DNA of 64,000 nucleotides from positions 50,158,001 through 50,222,000 of the forward strand of contig OX597828.1 of assembly GCA_951406725.2 (NCBI GenBank), read 5' to 3'. Every line of letters starts with the position of its first letter. The stretch's first letter is position 1. Both the position numbers and the translations under genes were made by a program. The DNA comes from Octopus vulgaris (Eukaryota). The notes beneath the pieces are model-generated. The model searched no databases, was not told the DNA's origin, and was given only the letters and a program-made list of their open reading frames with translations. Positions 15,635 to 29,217 of the stretch are shown piece after piece.

Positions 15635-16389
15635 TATTTCTTTACTACCCACAAGGGGCCAAACATAGAAGGGACAAACAAGGACAAACAAAGGGATTAA
15701 GTCGATTACATCGGCCCCCGTACGTGACTGGTACTTAATTTATCGACACCGAAAGGATGAAAGGCAAAGTCGACCTCGGAGGAATTTGAACTCAGAACGT
15801 AGCGACAAACGGAAATACCTATTTCTTTACTACCCACAAGGGGCTAAACACAGAGGGGACAAACAAGGACAAACACACGGATTAAGTCGATTACATCGAC
15901 CCCAGTGCGTAACTGGTACTTAATTTATCGACCCCGAAAGGATGAAAGGCAAAGTCGACCTCGGCGGAAATTGAACTCAGAACGTAACGGCAGACGAAAT
16001 ACCTATTTCTTTACTACCCACAAGGGGCTAAACACAGAGGGGACAAACAAGGACAAACAAAGGGATTAAGTCGATTACATCGGCCCCCCGTATGTGACTG
16101 GTACTTAATTTATCGACCCCGAAAGGATGAAAGGCAAAGTCGACCTCGGCGGAATTTGAACACAGAACGTAGCGGCAGACGAAATACCTATTTCTTTACT
16201 ACCCACAAGGGGCTAAACACAGAGAGGACAAACAAGGACTGACAAACGGATTAAGTCGATTATATAGACCCCGAAATGATGAAAGGCAAAGTCGACCTCG
16301 GCGGAATTTGAACTCAGAACGTAACGGAAGACGAAATACCGCTAAGCATTTCGACCGGCGTGCTAACGTTTCTGCCAGCTCGCCGCCTT
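15635..16389 (-). mobile_element. SINE family B, array of about four body units
   Basis: ~185 bp period; TSD attttatttct at 15624-15634 and 16394-16404. Confidence 0.85.
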
Positions 16390-17389
16390 AAAGATTTTAT
16401 TTCTACAAGAGAACAACTCTTTAAGACACTTAGTTGGAATATTTTCCTTTCTTCTCCGCTCATCTTCATCAAGAGACAATTTTCACTGCGTCCGCCTCTT
16501 CTTTCTGAACATGTACCAGCACCTCAGTGGTGAATTGTCTCTGTGTTGAGTCTTTATTTGAACTATTCTCTCCAAATGTCTACTGAATGTATTCGATACT
16601 CACACACACACACACACACACACACACATGAACATGTACATATGTCATATGTTACAGTTACACTTCATTCTCAAAACGAGACTACTGCAACACACAGACT
16701 TATATATATATAAAATCTGAATAAACAATAACACCACCACAGAATGACTAAGTAGCTATAGATTCAAATAAGTTAGTAAATATAAAATATACATTCTTAA
16801 AGTTAAACAGACATCAGGCATAAAAATAGAAAGCTTGAAAGAAAGAATGGATCACAAAAATATAAACAATGAGCAAAATAGTCTATCAATAAAAAATACA
16901 AACGAAGAATTAAAATATGAAAAGGATAAACATTGAGAACGTAAAATCACAAAGGTAGACTATATATTTCCTAGCCAAATCATAAAAAAAACATGAAATT
17001 ACAACCAAAGTTCACCAACAGATTATTGAGCAACAGCAACAACAACAACAAAAATCAAACTAGAACAACAGAAACAAAATTTCGGATGAAAGAGAATATT
17101 AGAAAGATTTTAAAATAGAACATTCTAAAGAATGGTATTTTGAATATGATTATAATCATAAGGTGGAAATGGTTAAGGAATTAAAAATCGATAGCTCGTC
17201 CTGTTGACCAAAAAGAAGATCACTCCAATCATAAAATGTATCGATAACATTGTAACAACCATAAAAAAAAATGCAAATCTGGCCATCGTAGTTTTAGTGA
17301 AAACCATCACAAACATCATTATAACCAGGATAACTCAATTTGCTCAGCATCTGTAGTACCTTAGAAGAAAGTGGTTACTTTATGAACAG

Positions 17390-17572
17390 GTATTTCGTCT
17401 GCCGTTACGTTCTGAGTTCAAATTCCGCCGAGGTCGACTTTGCCTTTCATCCTTTCGGGGTCGATAAATTAAGTACCAGTTACGCACTGGGATCGATGTA
17501 ATCGACTTCATACCTATGTCTGTCCTTGTTTGTCCCCTCTGTGTTTAGCCCCTTGTGGGTAATAAAGAAATA
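17390..17572 (+). mobile_element. SINE family B headless monomer
   Basis: TSD ggttactttatgaacag at 17373-17389 and 17573-17589. Confidence 0.85.
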
Positions 17573-18081
17573 GGTTACTTTATGAACAGTTGAGCCGAAA
17601 TAGACAACTTGGGAAAGAAAGATACAGAGAAACATAGACAATAAAAGGAAGAGATCATTCAATCCTTAGTAAATACACAAACGAGAAAAGAAAAGAAAAA
17701 AATGGGACTCGCTTACTACAGAAATGAAGTATATAATTTAAGTATCTGAAATCGAAGGATTTTTTCCTGAACTATGTGAAAATAGAACAGAAAATATTGT
17801 AGTGTCAACTGCGAGAGGTGGAGAGAGAACGTGAAAGGCAACAGATGTAACATTTGAATAGATTCTCGAAGAAATAACCTATCTGTATGTAGCTGAGATA
17901 CTATACACCACAAACAACTGGAAGTTACTTGTAAATGAGAGGTTTCGATATTTATTATGTAGTCGCAAAAAAACTGCTCGCAAAAATATTCAGGCGTTTT
18001 AACTGAAAGAGCCAGAAGTAACTCAAGGCAAACGAAATGCTAGACCTCCAAATCTAACGCTTGGAACCTGTAACCGACATT

Positions 18082-18459
18082 GGAAGCACTCCGTCGGTTA
18101 CGACGACGAGGGTTCCGGTTGATCCGAATCAACGGAACAGCCTGCTCGTGAAATTAACGTGCAAGTGGCTGAGCACTCCACAGACACGTGTACCCTTAAC
18201 GTAGTTCTCGGGGATATTCAGCATGACACAGAGAGTGACAAGGCCGGCCCTTTGAAATACAGGTACAACAGAAACAGGAAGTAAGAGAAAGTTGTGGTGA
18301 AAGAGTACAGCAGGAATCACCACCAGCCCTTGCCGGAGCCTCGTGGAGCTTTAGGTGTTTTGGCTCAATAAACACTCACAACGCCCGGTCTGGGAATCGA
18401 AACCGCGATCCTATGACCGCGAGTTCGCTGCCCTAACCACTGGGCCATTGCGCCTCCAC
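18082..18459 (-). mobile_element. SINE family C copy
   Basis: TSD aaccgacatt at 18072-18081 and 18460-18469; homologous to 3995-4383. Confidence 0.9.
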
Positions 18460-20107
18460 AACCGACATTACCCTATAATACACAAAAGCTTAACATTTAA
18501 ATTTAACGTTAAAGGTAAATGGTCACATAAATAAATAAATAAATAAATGATAAAAAAAGAAGGAAAAGTTTTAGCAATAAAGTAACTAATGAACAGATCC
18601 ATAGCTGAAGAGTGTAGGAGAGAAGAGAGTGGGGGGGGGGTGAGCATCACATGGATTAATTAGGAGAAGGTTTTAGGCAAAGCCTTCTAGTGATATTGTC
18701 GGACATGAATAAGGTGGTTCTAATTAAACTCAGATATATCAAACATAGAAAGCAGTTCATTAGAAACGAATAAAAGAGGGAACTGGAAATACGAAACCAA
18801 TCCTTATTAGAAGAGTTCCATTGCTTTTTTTGCCGGGTGAAATAATCTTCAATAAACAAACTAAACCGGACTAGACAGATACAATCTACTATCTCTCGTG
18901 CAGGAGGGGAGACCTTAAGGCGTATATCCTATTTGATGACAAGCAACTAGAATATTACGATAGACTGCACACAGATTTAGTCGGGAGTCTGGTGGGAAAT
19001 TTAGTTTAGCAAAAAAATGCACAAAAACTATCTTCAGAAAAGCAAGAGTAATAATCGATATGACAGAACAAACTAATTAATGAAAAATAAAAACAAAAAC
19101 AAGAAAAAAACCCCAGAAAAAAAAAAAAGAACGCAGTGATAAGAAATTATGATAAACACAAACTTTAAATACTTAAAAATTGATAAACAAGACGGAGCGT
19201 AATACACAGAAATAGAGGAAAAGATTAGGAAGGGATATTATAAATAAATAATTAAGACTGGTCTAAACTCCAACGTAAGATAAGTTTTAAAAATCTGTTT
19301 AAGTATTAAATAGAAAAAACTTGTGAGAGAAACAAGAGAAATAAACTGACTGTATTCAGAAAACAAAAGCCAAAAGAATAAAGTTATATTTAGCAAGAAA
19401 TATGAAGTGTATAATATGCAAATCCTTTAGTTTCGTCCATATTTCTGGTTGTCAGCTATAAAATGTCCTTCACTTCCCTCTCATTGTGACATTTATTCTT
19501 CTGTTTTTCTAGCATGATATCTATTTTATTTACTACGAAGCCAGGGAGGTAGGGATATTTTGGAGCAATGAAATTAATAGCAAATCTATGGCTGGAGTAC
19601 AAACATATAGAGAAAAGAATAAATAGGAAATTAAAAAAAAATACCTGCGAAACCAACACAAAACAAATATACTGTTTTAAATCTTCGACGAAAGTTTAAT
19701 ATATAAATCAAAATCTGAGATAACAGACAGCATCGATGGGGATAGAGAAAGACTGAAAGTATATAAAATATTGTCTACAAAACGTTAAACTAAGACATCT
19801 GCAAGAAAAAGCGTTGGTTAATGCAGTGCTGTCACCTGGAGGTTCTGAGTTCAATCTCAGGCAAAGCGCCACAGTGAATCACAAAACGCCCGAAGAAAGC
19901 CGGCGAATATAACAGCCGAAACATAGTGAAAGCAACAATGAAGACGGGGACAAAACTCTGACTAATGCAAAAAGTGTTCATGATTTTTATGTATGCTCTC
20001 CATAATGTTAAAAAATTCTTTACTCCGAAGTATAAGGCCTAAAGATTTCAGATGAGGGCTATATTCGATTACATCGATCTTGTCACATGATTGGTACTTT
20101 ATATTAT

Positions 20108-20510
20108 TCTTTTCTTTTCTACTCTAGGCACAAAGCCCGAAATTTTTGAGGAGGGCGCTAGTCAATTAGATCGACCCCAGTTCGCAACTAGTAATTAATT
20201 TACCGACCTCGAAAGGATGAAAGGCAAAGTCGACCTCGGCGGAATTTGAACTCAGAACGTAACGGCAGACGAAATACCTATTTCTTTACTATCCACAAGA
20301 GGCTAAACACAGAGAGGACAAACAAGGACAGACAAAGGGATTAAGTCGATTATATCGACACCAGTACATAACTGGTACTTAATTTATCGACCCTGAAAGG
20401 ATGAAAGGCAAAGTCGACCTCAATGGAATTTGAACTCAGAACATAAAGACAGACGAAATACGCTAAGCATTTCACCCGGCGTGCTAACGTTTCTGCCAGC
20501 TCGCTGCCTT
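20108..20510 (-). mobile_element. SINE family B, two units with an alternative tail
   Basis: Homology to family B. Confidence 0.8.
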
Positions 20511-20984
20511 GGTACTTGATATTATTGACATTGGATGTATAAAAGGAAAGATGATCTCAGTGTGGTTTGAACTCAGAATGTTAAAGTTACGGGACAAGTA
20601 CCACTAAGCATTTTCCTGACACTCTAATGATTCTGCTTGTTCAAAATAAAAGATAATACCGAGAACGTACCGAACGAAAACAGTAATAACAAGACCTCGC
20701 CACACAAAGGAAAATTTTATTGATTTTCAGTAATTCAGTCACTGATTTGCAAAGCCATTATCTTCAGAAGAAACAATGGTCGAAGTGATGGTGAACAATT
20801 CTGCAGCTACAGAAAAAAGAGGGAATCATAAGAGCTAGCTCAATCTCTTTTATAAGGATATTCCAAAGAAGTTCATCTCTGTTCGTCTTTAACACTTTTA
20901 ATCAGCATAGCAAACCATAGCATAGGTTACATTTGTGATAGGAGCACGATCCAGTAGCTCTGATAGAAAATGAGAATTACAGGG

Positions 20985-21235
20985 CCTTTTGGGGGACTAC
21001 CTTATAAAGACTGACAATACTATTAAAGCAAAAATACCAGATATGATTCCAAAGGACAAAACCAAACAGCGTAAGATTATGAATTTTGCAATTTTCTATG
21101 ATAGCAAAGTCGATAGCAAAAAAAAAAAAAAGAAAATGGAAAAAAAAATTGAGAAATACCAAGATCTAGCTAGAGAGTTGAGGAGACTGGAAGACTAAGA
21201 CAACAACTATCCCTTAGGTAATTGGTGCACTAATC
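20985..21235 (+). pseudogene. Old RLE-type non-LTR retrotransposon endonuclease relic
   Basis: ...KIPDMI...KIEKYQDLARELRRL...VIGAL motifs. Confidence 0.55.
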
Positions 21236-21816
21236 CAGAAGGAATATAAGCGACGCCACAACAATATAACCAGGCTTGTCCATTGGACACTTTGCAACAC
21301 GTATGGACTTGACAGAGCTAAAAATTGGTACGACCACAAACCTGAAGGCATCGTCGAAAATGGAAATGCAAAGATCCTATGGGATTTTATGATTCAGTGT
21401 GACCATGAGATAGAGAATAGGAAGCCGGACACAGTCTTAATTGAGAAAGAAAACAAACGATGCTGGATCATAGATATAGCATGCCCAGCTGACAATAAGG
21501 TATGCAATAAGGAAGAAAGAAAAGTCGAGAGATGTGACAGGTTAGCTTGGGAAGTTAAGCAGTTGTGGTCGATGAAAAACGTAGCAGTAGTACCAATAAT
21601 TGTCGGAGCCCTGGGAACAGTGAGCAAATATCTCGAGAAGTACGTGTAACAAATAGGGACTGCAATAAGGGTGGGGCACTTGCAGAAAACAGTATTGCTT
21701 GGAACCGCTCGGATACTCCTGAAGGTGCTCGAAAAATAAGAGGTTTTACCTTAGTTCACTGGTAGTGAACAGCTGAAACTGTAATACATCTGCAGCGTTA
21801 GAAGCTGTGCAAAGGC
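21236..21816 (+). mobile_element. R4/Dong-like non-LTR retrotransposon 3' end (restriction-like endonuclease)
   Basis: RHN...ILWDF...RKPDTVL...IIDIACP...VPIIVGALG; internal stop at ~21647; followed directly by (TAA)n. Confidence 0.8.
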
Positions 21817-21854
<38 letters not shown>

Positions 21855-21879
21855 TGATGATGATGATGATAATAATAAT

Positions 21880-21938
<59 letters not shown>

Positions 21939-21992
21939 TGATGATGATGATGATAATAATATTAATAATAATAATAATAATAATAGTAGTAG
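21817..21992. repeat. (TAA)n/(TGA)n microsatellite
   Basis: Direct reading. Confidence 0.9.
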
Positions 21993-22533
21993 TACCAGGC
22001 AGTGGCTCTCATGGCTCCTGATCTTAACTGATTGGAAGTGTTATCATGTACATTGTTTTGTCTTGGTATAAAAGATGGGCTACAGCAAATATTCTGCTCA
22101 ATACCACAGATTTGCTTGTCAGTTGTTTGACCTTAACCAGCTGAGCATGTCCCTTAGTGGTTGACGATATATGCGTATCTGATCACAAGCAGAAGTAGTG
22201 GGGGATCATTATAGCCGTGTGTTGAGAGGGATTCTTTGGGCTTTTGATAATTCACTTCTGGAAACATGGGTGGTTCGGTCAACATCCTTAAACAATCCTT
22301 ATTCAGGGACCTTTTGAGCGGGATGGGCTACTCGACCTGAATAAAATTCTAACTGGGTTTCCCCTGCAAGGTCATGCGCTGTTTATCACCATGTCGCGCA
22401 CATATGGTTGTGATGCATGTGCCTGGTGAACCCTTATCAGACGGGTAGTCATGATGGGTATATTGGGCTTCGTATATTTTACTCCATTGTCACTTTGGTG
22501 GCATGCACTGCTCTCTCACACACTCACTCACTC
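21993..22533 (+). mobile_element. Non-autonomous interspersed repeat flanked by trinucleotide tracts
   Basis: An internally deleted copy lies on the minus strand at 45810-45932, also between (TAA)n tracts. Confidence 0.6.
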
Positions 22534-22535
22534 AA

Positions 22536-22639
<104 letters not shown>

Positions 22640-23079
22640 ATAATAATAATAATAATAATGGTGGTGATGATGATGATGATAATGATGGTGGTGGGAACTC
22701 TTCTTCCGGATCATTTGAGCAAAAAATCGAATAGAACCAAACAGCAAAGATGGTAAATTAATGAGAAATATTATAAAATAATAACCAGATAAAATCTTGG
22801 GGTTTTAGGTTAGCCGTTGCAGGTCAAAGGTGACGACTAAATTTGGGTTATTTCAGAAATAGACATTTTCACTTGCTTTCACAGCCACAGTTTTGGCTAT
22901 TTGTGACCAGAAGAGATAAGAGAGGAGGAGGAGGAGGAGGAGGAGAGAAGAATCACGAAGAAAATTTTTTGATACTCCATCATTTCTTTGATTCGGTTAG
23001 GAGAAAAAAAAACCCCAGCTTTATTTCAAAAAATCTAATGCTAATCAATAAGACTATTTTATCTTTGAAAATATTCTGG

Positions 23080-23114
<35 letters not shown>

Positions 23115-23529
23115 TAACGCATCAACCTCCTCCTCCTCCTTCTCCTCCTCCTCATCATCATCGTCATCAACACCACCGTCGACACCACCACCACCACCAC
23201 CACCAACATCCCCCTCACTACCGTTATTTCCATCATCACAGTCATCATCACTATTAGGCTCATTATAATTTTTCAACGAGACAAAAAAACACCGCATCAC
23301 TTACGCTCCTCCTCCTCCTGCTCCTTCTGCCCCTGTTCCTCTTCCTCCCGATTCTCCCCCTCCTCCTCCTCCTTTTGCAATCGTCCTCCTCCTCACCTTC
23401 TCTGTATCCCTTGCTCCATCCCTTTTCATCACTTCATCATCTCTTTTTCTCTCTTCTCCACTTCCTCATACTTTGTCGTCATCATCATCATCATTATCAG
23501 TAGCAGCAGAATTACAGTTATCATACGTA

Positions 23530-23870
23530 TTAGTTAGTTAGTTAGTTAATTTTTTGGCTCAAAAAGCAAAAAGCAAGGCCATGTAGGGGGACATGGAGTT
23601 ATGTACAGGGAGGGTGTTCATGTAAAGAGTTCAGGCCACTTGTGGTCAAGGGAGACTTTGAACAAAGCGGTCGTCGGCATCTTCACCATCTCGTCTGGCA
23701 GCTTATTCCACGGATCCGCAACCCGGACGGAGAAAGCCCCTCTCCTTCGATTGAGATGAAATCGTCGCAGGTAGAGCTTTTCGGAATGACCCCGCAGCCG
23801 ACGCTCTGGAGCAGGAGTGAAGAACAGCTCTTTCGAGAGGTTACACTTTCCGCTTATGATGTTGTGAGCA
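23530..23870 (-). mobile_element. CR1-clade LINE 3' end with (TAAC)n tail
   Basis: LRGHSEKL...RRRGAFSVRVADPWNKLP...FKVSLD matches the CR1 ORF2 C-terminal pattern; tail ttagttagttag at 23530-23548. Confidence 0.8.
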
Positions 23871-24139
23871 AGAATGATCATTATTACCATGAGAATAATA
23901 GTTTTAATTTTCTCCACTTTTTAGGCGAGTACATCTTCCTCTTCCTCTTCCTCCTCCTCCTCCTCCTCCTCCTCCTCCTGCAATACTAAGTAACGTCAAC
24001 ACAACGTAAAATTCCATTCCCATGTCACCACATCATTATACAACTCCATCACAAGGTAACTATAAAACAAAATCACCGCAACCCATGGTGGGTCGGTGAG
24101 ATGAACGGTAGAGTCGTATAATATCGGGCAGAGGATCTT

Positions 24140-24490
24140 TCATCTTCTAATCCAGTCACTGGATTGCAGCCATGCTGGGGCATCGTCTGGAAAGGTTTAG
24201 TCGAACAAATCGACCCTAGTACTTGTTTTTAAATCTATCGATGGTCTTTAGCCGAACAGGTAAGTTACGGGACATAAACAAACTAACACCGATTGTCAAG
24301 CACTGGTGGAGGGCACACACACACAGATATTACGGGCTTCCACACAGTTTCTGTGTACCAAATTAACTTGCAAGGCTCTGGTCACCTTGATGCTAGAGTA
24401 GAAGACACTTGCCCAAGGTGCCACGCATTGGGACTGAACCTGAAGTCACATGGTTGCAGAATGAGTTTCTAAACTAATCGGCCGTGTGTT
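24140..24490 (-). mobile_element. Old SINE family A-related copy
   Basis: Degenerate homology. Confidence 0.65.
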
Positions 24491-26236
24491 GTAGAATAAG
24501 AGCGTAGTAGTATGTATATTAGAGTAGTGAACTAAACAGTAGAGTGAAATATAATGGTGAAATTCAGCCAAAATGGTTTTGTATTTTACCACCTCGAAAG
24601 GATGAAAGCAAAGTCGACCACGGGATGGATTTGAACTAAGAACATACAGAGCTGGAAGGAAAAGGCATTTTATCTGATTCTTTAACGATTCTAACAACAT
24701 CAACAATAACATGTACAATAATAAGAATCCATTCTACTACAGGCACAAGGCCTGAAATTTGGGGGATGGAGACTAGTCGATAAATATTGGTTTTAAATTT
24801 TAGCACAAGGCCAGATATTTCGGAGGTAGATTTAAGTTGATTACACTAGTACTAATTTTATCGTTGCCAAAAGGGCGAAAGGCAAAGTTGACCACGGAGG
24901 AATTAGAACTTATTAAACACGGATGAATGTCCTGCTGCTAAGCATCCCCCCCCCCCGGTGTGCTATCGGTTCTGCCAGCTCGCCGCCTGTGCCAGTGGGT
25001 AACATATTAAAACATGTATTGACTGGCCTCCTTTTCCAGTGCAAACATATTAAAATAAACATTTTTTTTTTACCCAGACATAAATTCGTGCTTCTTACGC
25101 ATATAGACACATAAGAAATATATGCTTACAGATGTTTACGTTCATTAGTAAAATAGATAAAACAACAATTGCTGAAAATTTCTTGTATATATGCTCTGCT
25201 TTTACCACAAACCAGAACCGAAGCGAGCATAAACCGAGTCGAAATATTGCCATTTAAAAAAAAAATCTATTTTTTTTCTATGTAAAACCTAGCCCAGTCA
25301 TATAACCTTTCTGCATTTGAAACTGGAAAACTTATAGAAAATATAATAATAAATAAATATATATTTCTATTTTTACGTAAAGTTTTGCAAAGTTTTGCGG
25401 TAGATTTCAGTAAATAATATCTAATTCCATCAAATCTCGAGCTTATAGCTGTAGACATCATCTAAAGAAAACCAAGTCAAACCACACATTTATATACTGG
25501 TATACATTTGTGGTTGTATACGCAAACACTCACGTAAACACACACACGTGCGAATACATAGGGACACACACACAGACATACATTCTGACGATTTAGAAAC
25601 TCAAATGAAACACAAGATTTCCAAGTACCTACTTATGTATGTATGCATGTATGTATGCATGTATGTATGTATGTATGCATGTATGCATGTATGTATGTAT
25701 GTATGTAAATATATATGTATGTAGACACATAGATATATAATACACACCTGAACCCACATATAGGCGTGTATGTGTGTATGTGTGTGTATGCTCGCGTGCG
25801 TAATCTCAAGTATCCCCTCAGAATTGTTTATTGACACTAGGGTCGACTCCACGAGTTGAATGAAAAAAAATGTCGCTGTGTCTGTGATGCTAATCTCTTG
25901 CGAATAAGATTCCCAGGTTAATCGCCACCTATCCGGGACAGATAGGTGAACGAAAGGCAATGTAGTAGATTGCTCATCTTTAGAAAATTCAACGAAACAA
26001 CCGCCACATTTTGATCACATGACTCATGCGCTGCTTGTTTAATAACTTACTCACACAGTTATTTTAACTCCATATCTGCATGGGAGAGTATAATCATTTA
26101 TGCGTGCACTTACCAGATAAAACAGAATCGAAGAAGAATCCAAGGAGACTTTTGGTGATCTGTGTCAGCAAGGTATGTAGTTTTTGGGAAAAGAGAAACA
26201 AGAGTAAGTACAGCGAAATTGCCATGAGGAATGGAA

Positions 26237-26272
26237 CACCTAACGTTTCGGACAGAGTCCTTCTTCAAGATA
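26237..26272 (-). ncRNA. Degenerate minimal HHR motif
   Basis: Minus strand tatc-TTGAAGA-a-ggac(tct)gtcc-GAAA-cgt-TA-ggtg; C3>U. Confidence 0.45.
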
Positions 26273-26652
26273 AAGGCATCAGGAGAGACGTCAATGAAAG
26301 ACCACAGCTTTACAGCCTCGACGTTTGAGAAACTGACTGTTAACTTATACGCATACATTTATACATAGATTTTCACACACACATATATTTAGCACACTTC
26401 CAGGCACATGCATAAACTCTCATAAACATATTTTCACACATACTTGAAAGTATAATAATTTATACACGCAGAAACTAAACCCACATAAAAGCTCTTACCG
26501 TTTACGTATTATCCTGCAGACAAATCAATGTAGTATACTGTAAACATGTAGAGTTTACACCATAACTTTCAAAAATCTTGCTGCATTTCACATGTAAGTT
26601 TTGGCCCTCCAAAGTCGTATCAGTATATAAGTTAACCGACCATATTTGGTTA

Positions 26653-27053
26653 CTTTTTACTCTTTTACTCTTTTACTTGTTTCAGTCATTTGATTGTGGC
26701 CATGCTAGAGCACCGCCTTTAGTCGAGCAAATCGACCCCAGGACTTATTATTTGTAAGCCTAGTACTTATTCTATCAGTCTCTTTTGCTGAACCGCTAAG
26801 TGACGGGGACGTAAAAACACCAGCATCGGTTGTCAAACGATGTTGGGGGACACACGAAAATATATACACACACACACACATATATATATATACATATATA
26901 CGACAGACTTCTTTCAGCTTCCGTCTACCAAACCCACTCACAAGGCTTTGGTCGGCCCGAGGCTATAGCAGAAGACACTTTCCCAAGGTGCCACGCAGTG
27001 GGACTGAACCCGGAACCATGTGGTTCGTAAGCAAGCTACTTATCACACAGCCA
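26653..27053 (-). mobile_element. SINE family A copy
   Basis: Reverse-complement homology. Confidence 0.85.
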
Positions 27054-27584
27054 CACCTACACCTAGGCTGTAAATTCTAATTAGAATAATTCGACTTGTA
27101 TGCCGAAAAATACGGTTAAAGCATAGCAAAGGAAAGTCAATCACATACACTCCCAGACACATACAAACGCTCATTCTCTCGTTCGCTCATTCTCTCGTTC
27201 TCTCGTTCTCGCGTTCTCTCGTTCTCTCTCACACCCACACACTGAGATATGTGTAATGATATTGTTTTATTAAATGGATTCGTCTAAAATAGCATTGTTG
27301 GTTGTTCAAACTCAAAAGCTTTGCCCAATCAATAGTTCATCGACTTACCATGTTCATCCCGTGGGTGGGTGTCTGTGTTAAGGGTATATACAATAGCGTG
27401 TGTATTTTATTGATTCCGTCATGATGGTATAGAGTTGGCGGCAGAATATTCTACATTCCATAGATAATTCTTTCTTTAGAATGTTTGATGCACTTTTTTC
27501 CAAAGTGTAAAAGAAAAACGACTTATCTAAATGGGTGATAAAGCCATGAACACGGATTCGGCGTGTATTTGTGTATGTGTGTGC

Positions 27585-27648
<64 letters not shown>

Positions 27649-27678
27649 TTATACACACACACAAATTTAGAAGTGTGT

Positions 27679-27715
<37 letters not shown>

Positions 27716-27718
<3 letters not shown>

Positions 27719-28968
27719 GGGTTGGAAAAATAATGGAAACACCTTAAAATTTCAAACAAATTAATTTTAATATGGAGTAGGACCGACTTTGGCAGTAATT
27801 ACACCTTGAATACTACGAGGTATGGACTCATACAAAGTTTGAATTGTTTCCAAAGGAATTTTTGTCCATTCTTCTGCTAAAACAGTCTCCAGTTCTTGTA
27901 GTGATGATGGTGGAGGATATCGACTCCTTACTTGTTTTTCTAAAATGCACCATAAATGTTCAATAATATTGAAATCTGGGGACTGTGGTGGCCAGATAAG
28001 ATATTCAACTTCGCTAGAATGTTCCTTGTACCATTCAGTAACAACTTTAGCTGTGTGAATTGGTACATTATCAACCTGAAAAATTGCGTTTCCATCCGGA
28101 AACAGTTCTGCAACCATTGGATGAATTTGATCAGATAAAATACTTAAATGAAGGTAAACCATTGGGCTGGCGAATTTCCAAGATATAGCGCCACTCAAAT
28201 CATCACAGATCCTCCTCCATGTTTAACAGTTGGAAGAAGACAGTCTAGGTCAAATGCTTCTTTTGGCTGTCTCCACACGTATACTTAGCCGGTGTTTGGA
28301 AATAAGGTAAAAGATGACACGTCCGAGAAAATAACATTCTTCCACTGTTCTAGGGACCAATTCTGTAGGTTTTTACTCCACTGAAAACGCTTTGCAACGT
28401 TTGTTTTGAAAGTAGTGGTTTTATGATTGCAGCCCTCCCGTGAAATTCGGCTTTGTGCAGCTCTCGGCGAACAGTTTTTGTGGAAACTGGGTTCTCGAGG
28501 TGGTCATTAAGCTCTGCAGTAATTTTGGGAGCTGTACTTTTGTGATCCTTTGTAACAATTCGAGTAAGAGTCCGAGGGTCCCTACCTGAAAAATTTGATT
28601 TTCTTCCGGAGTTTTGTTTCGACGAGGAGGTTTCCCCTCTTTCTCAAAGCTGTCATTACTTTCGAGACAGTACTTCTTGCTACACCAAGCATTTTGACTG
28701 CTTTCGTTATGCTACCGCCTGCTATACGAGCACCAACAATTTTATCTCTTTGAAAGTCTGATAGATCTGTCGTTTTAATAAATTTTAATTACCTTTTTCT
28801 AATGATATCTGAAAAGAAACAGCAATTTTAGCAAAACATATTAAGCAACACTAATAATAAATAAAAAATACACAAAAATAAACAAGCTTTTGACTGTTTT
28901 ATTGATATTTCAAAATTGTGATGCTATGATGCTATTATGCTGGGTGTTTCCATTATTTTGTCCAAACC

Positions 28969-28971
<3 letters not shown>
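27716..28971 (-). mobile_element. Full-length Tc1-superfamily DNA transposon (DD36E / Incomer-type)
   Basis: TIRs caggggttggaaaaataatggaaacacc / ggtgtttccattattttgtccaaaccctg; inserted in (TA)n; 1256 bp. Confidence 0.9.
27767..28773 (-). pseudogene. Tc1-type transposase pseudogene
   Basis: DLSDFQR..IVGAR HTH start (ATG>ACG), FSD, FQVDNVPIH and WPPQSPDFNIIE motifs; frameshifted. Confidence 0.9.
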
Positions 28972-29047
<76 letters not shown>

Positions 29048-29157
29048 TGTACTAGTGCAATACTTTCAAATTGCTCAATGCATTTCAATCTTTCATATTA
29101 CATAGAATCTTGAGATATTGCACACATGCACACACAGACACACACTCATATACACAG

Positions 29158-29217
<60 letters not shown>

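Noticed and set aside
15635-16389. CRISPR-like regular repeat array
   Set aside because: Units are ~185-bp SINE bodies without unique spacers; eukaryotic context and no cas genes.
16800-19450. Possible ancient LINE (A-rich strand bias)
   Set aside because: No diagnostic motif readable by eye; needs an HMM search.
19889-19935. HHR-like CCGAAGA...gccGAAAc
   Set aside because: No stem I or valid triplet remains; at most a relic.
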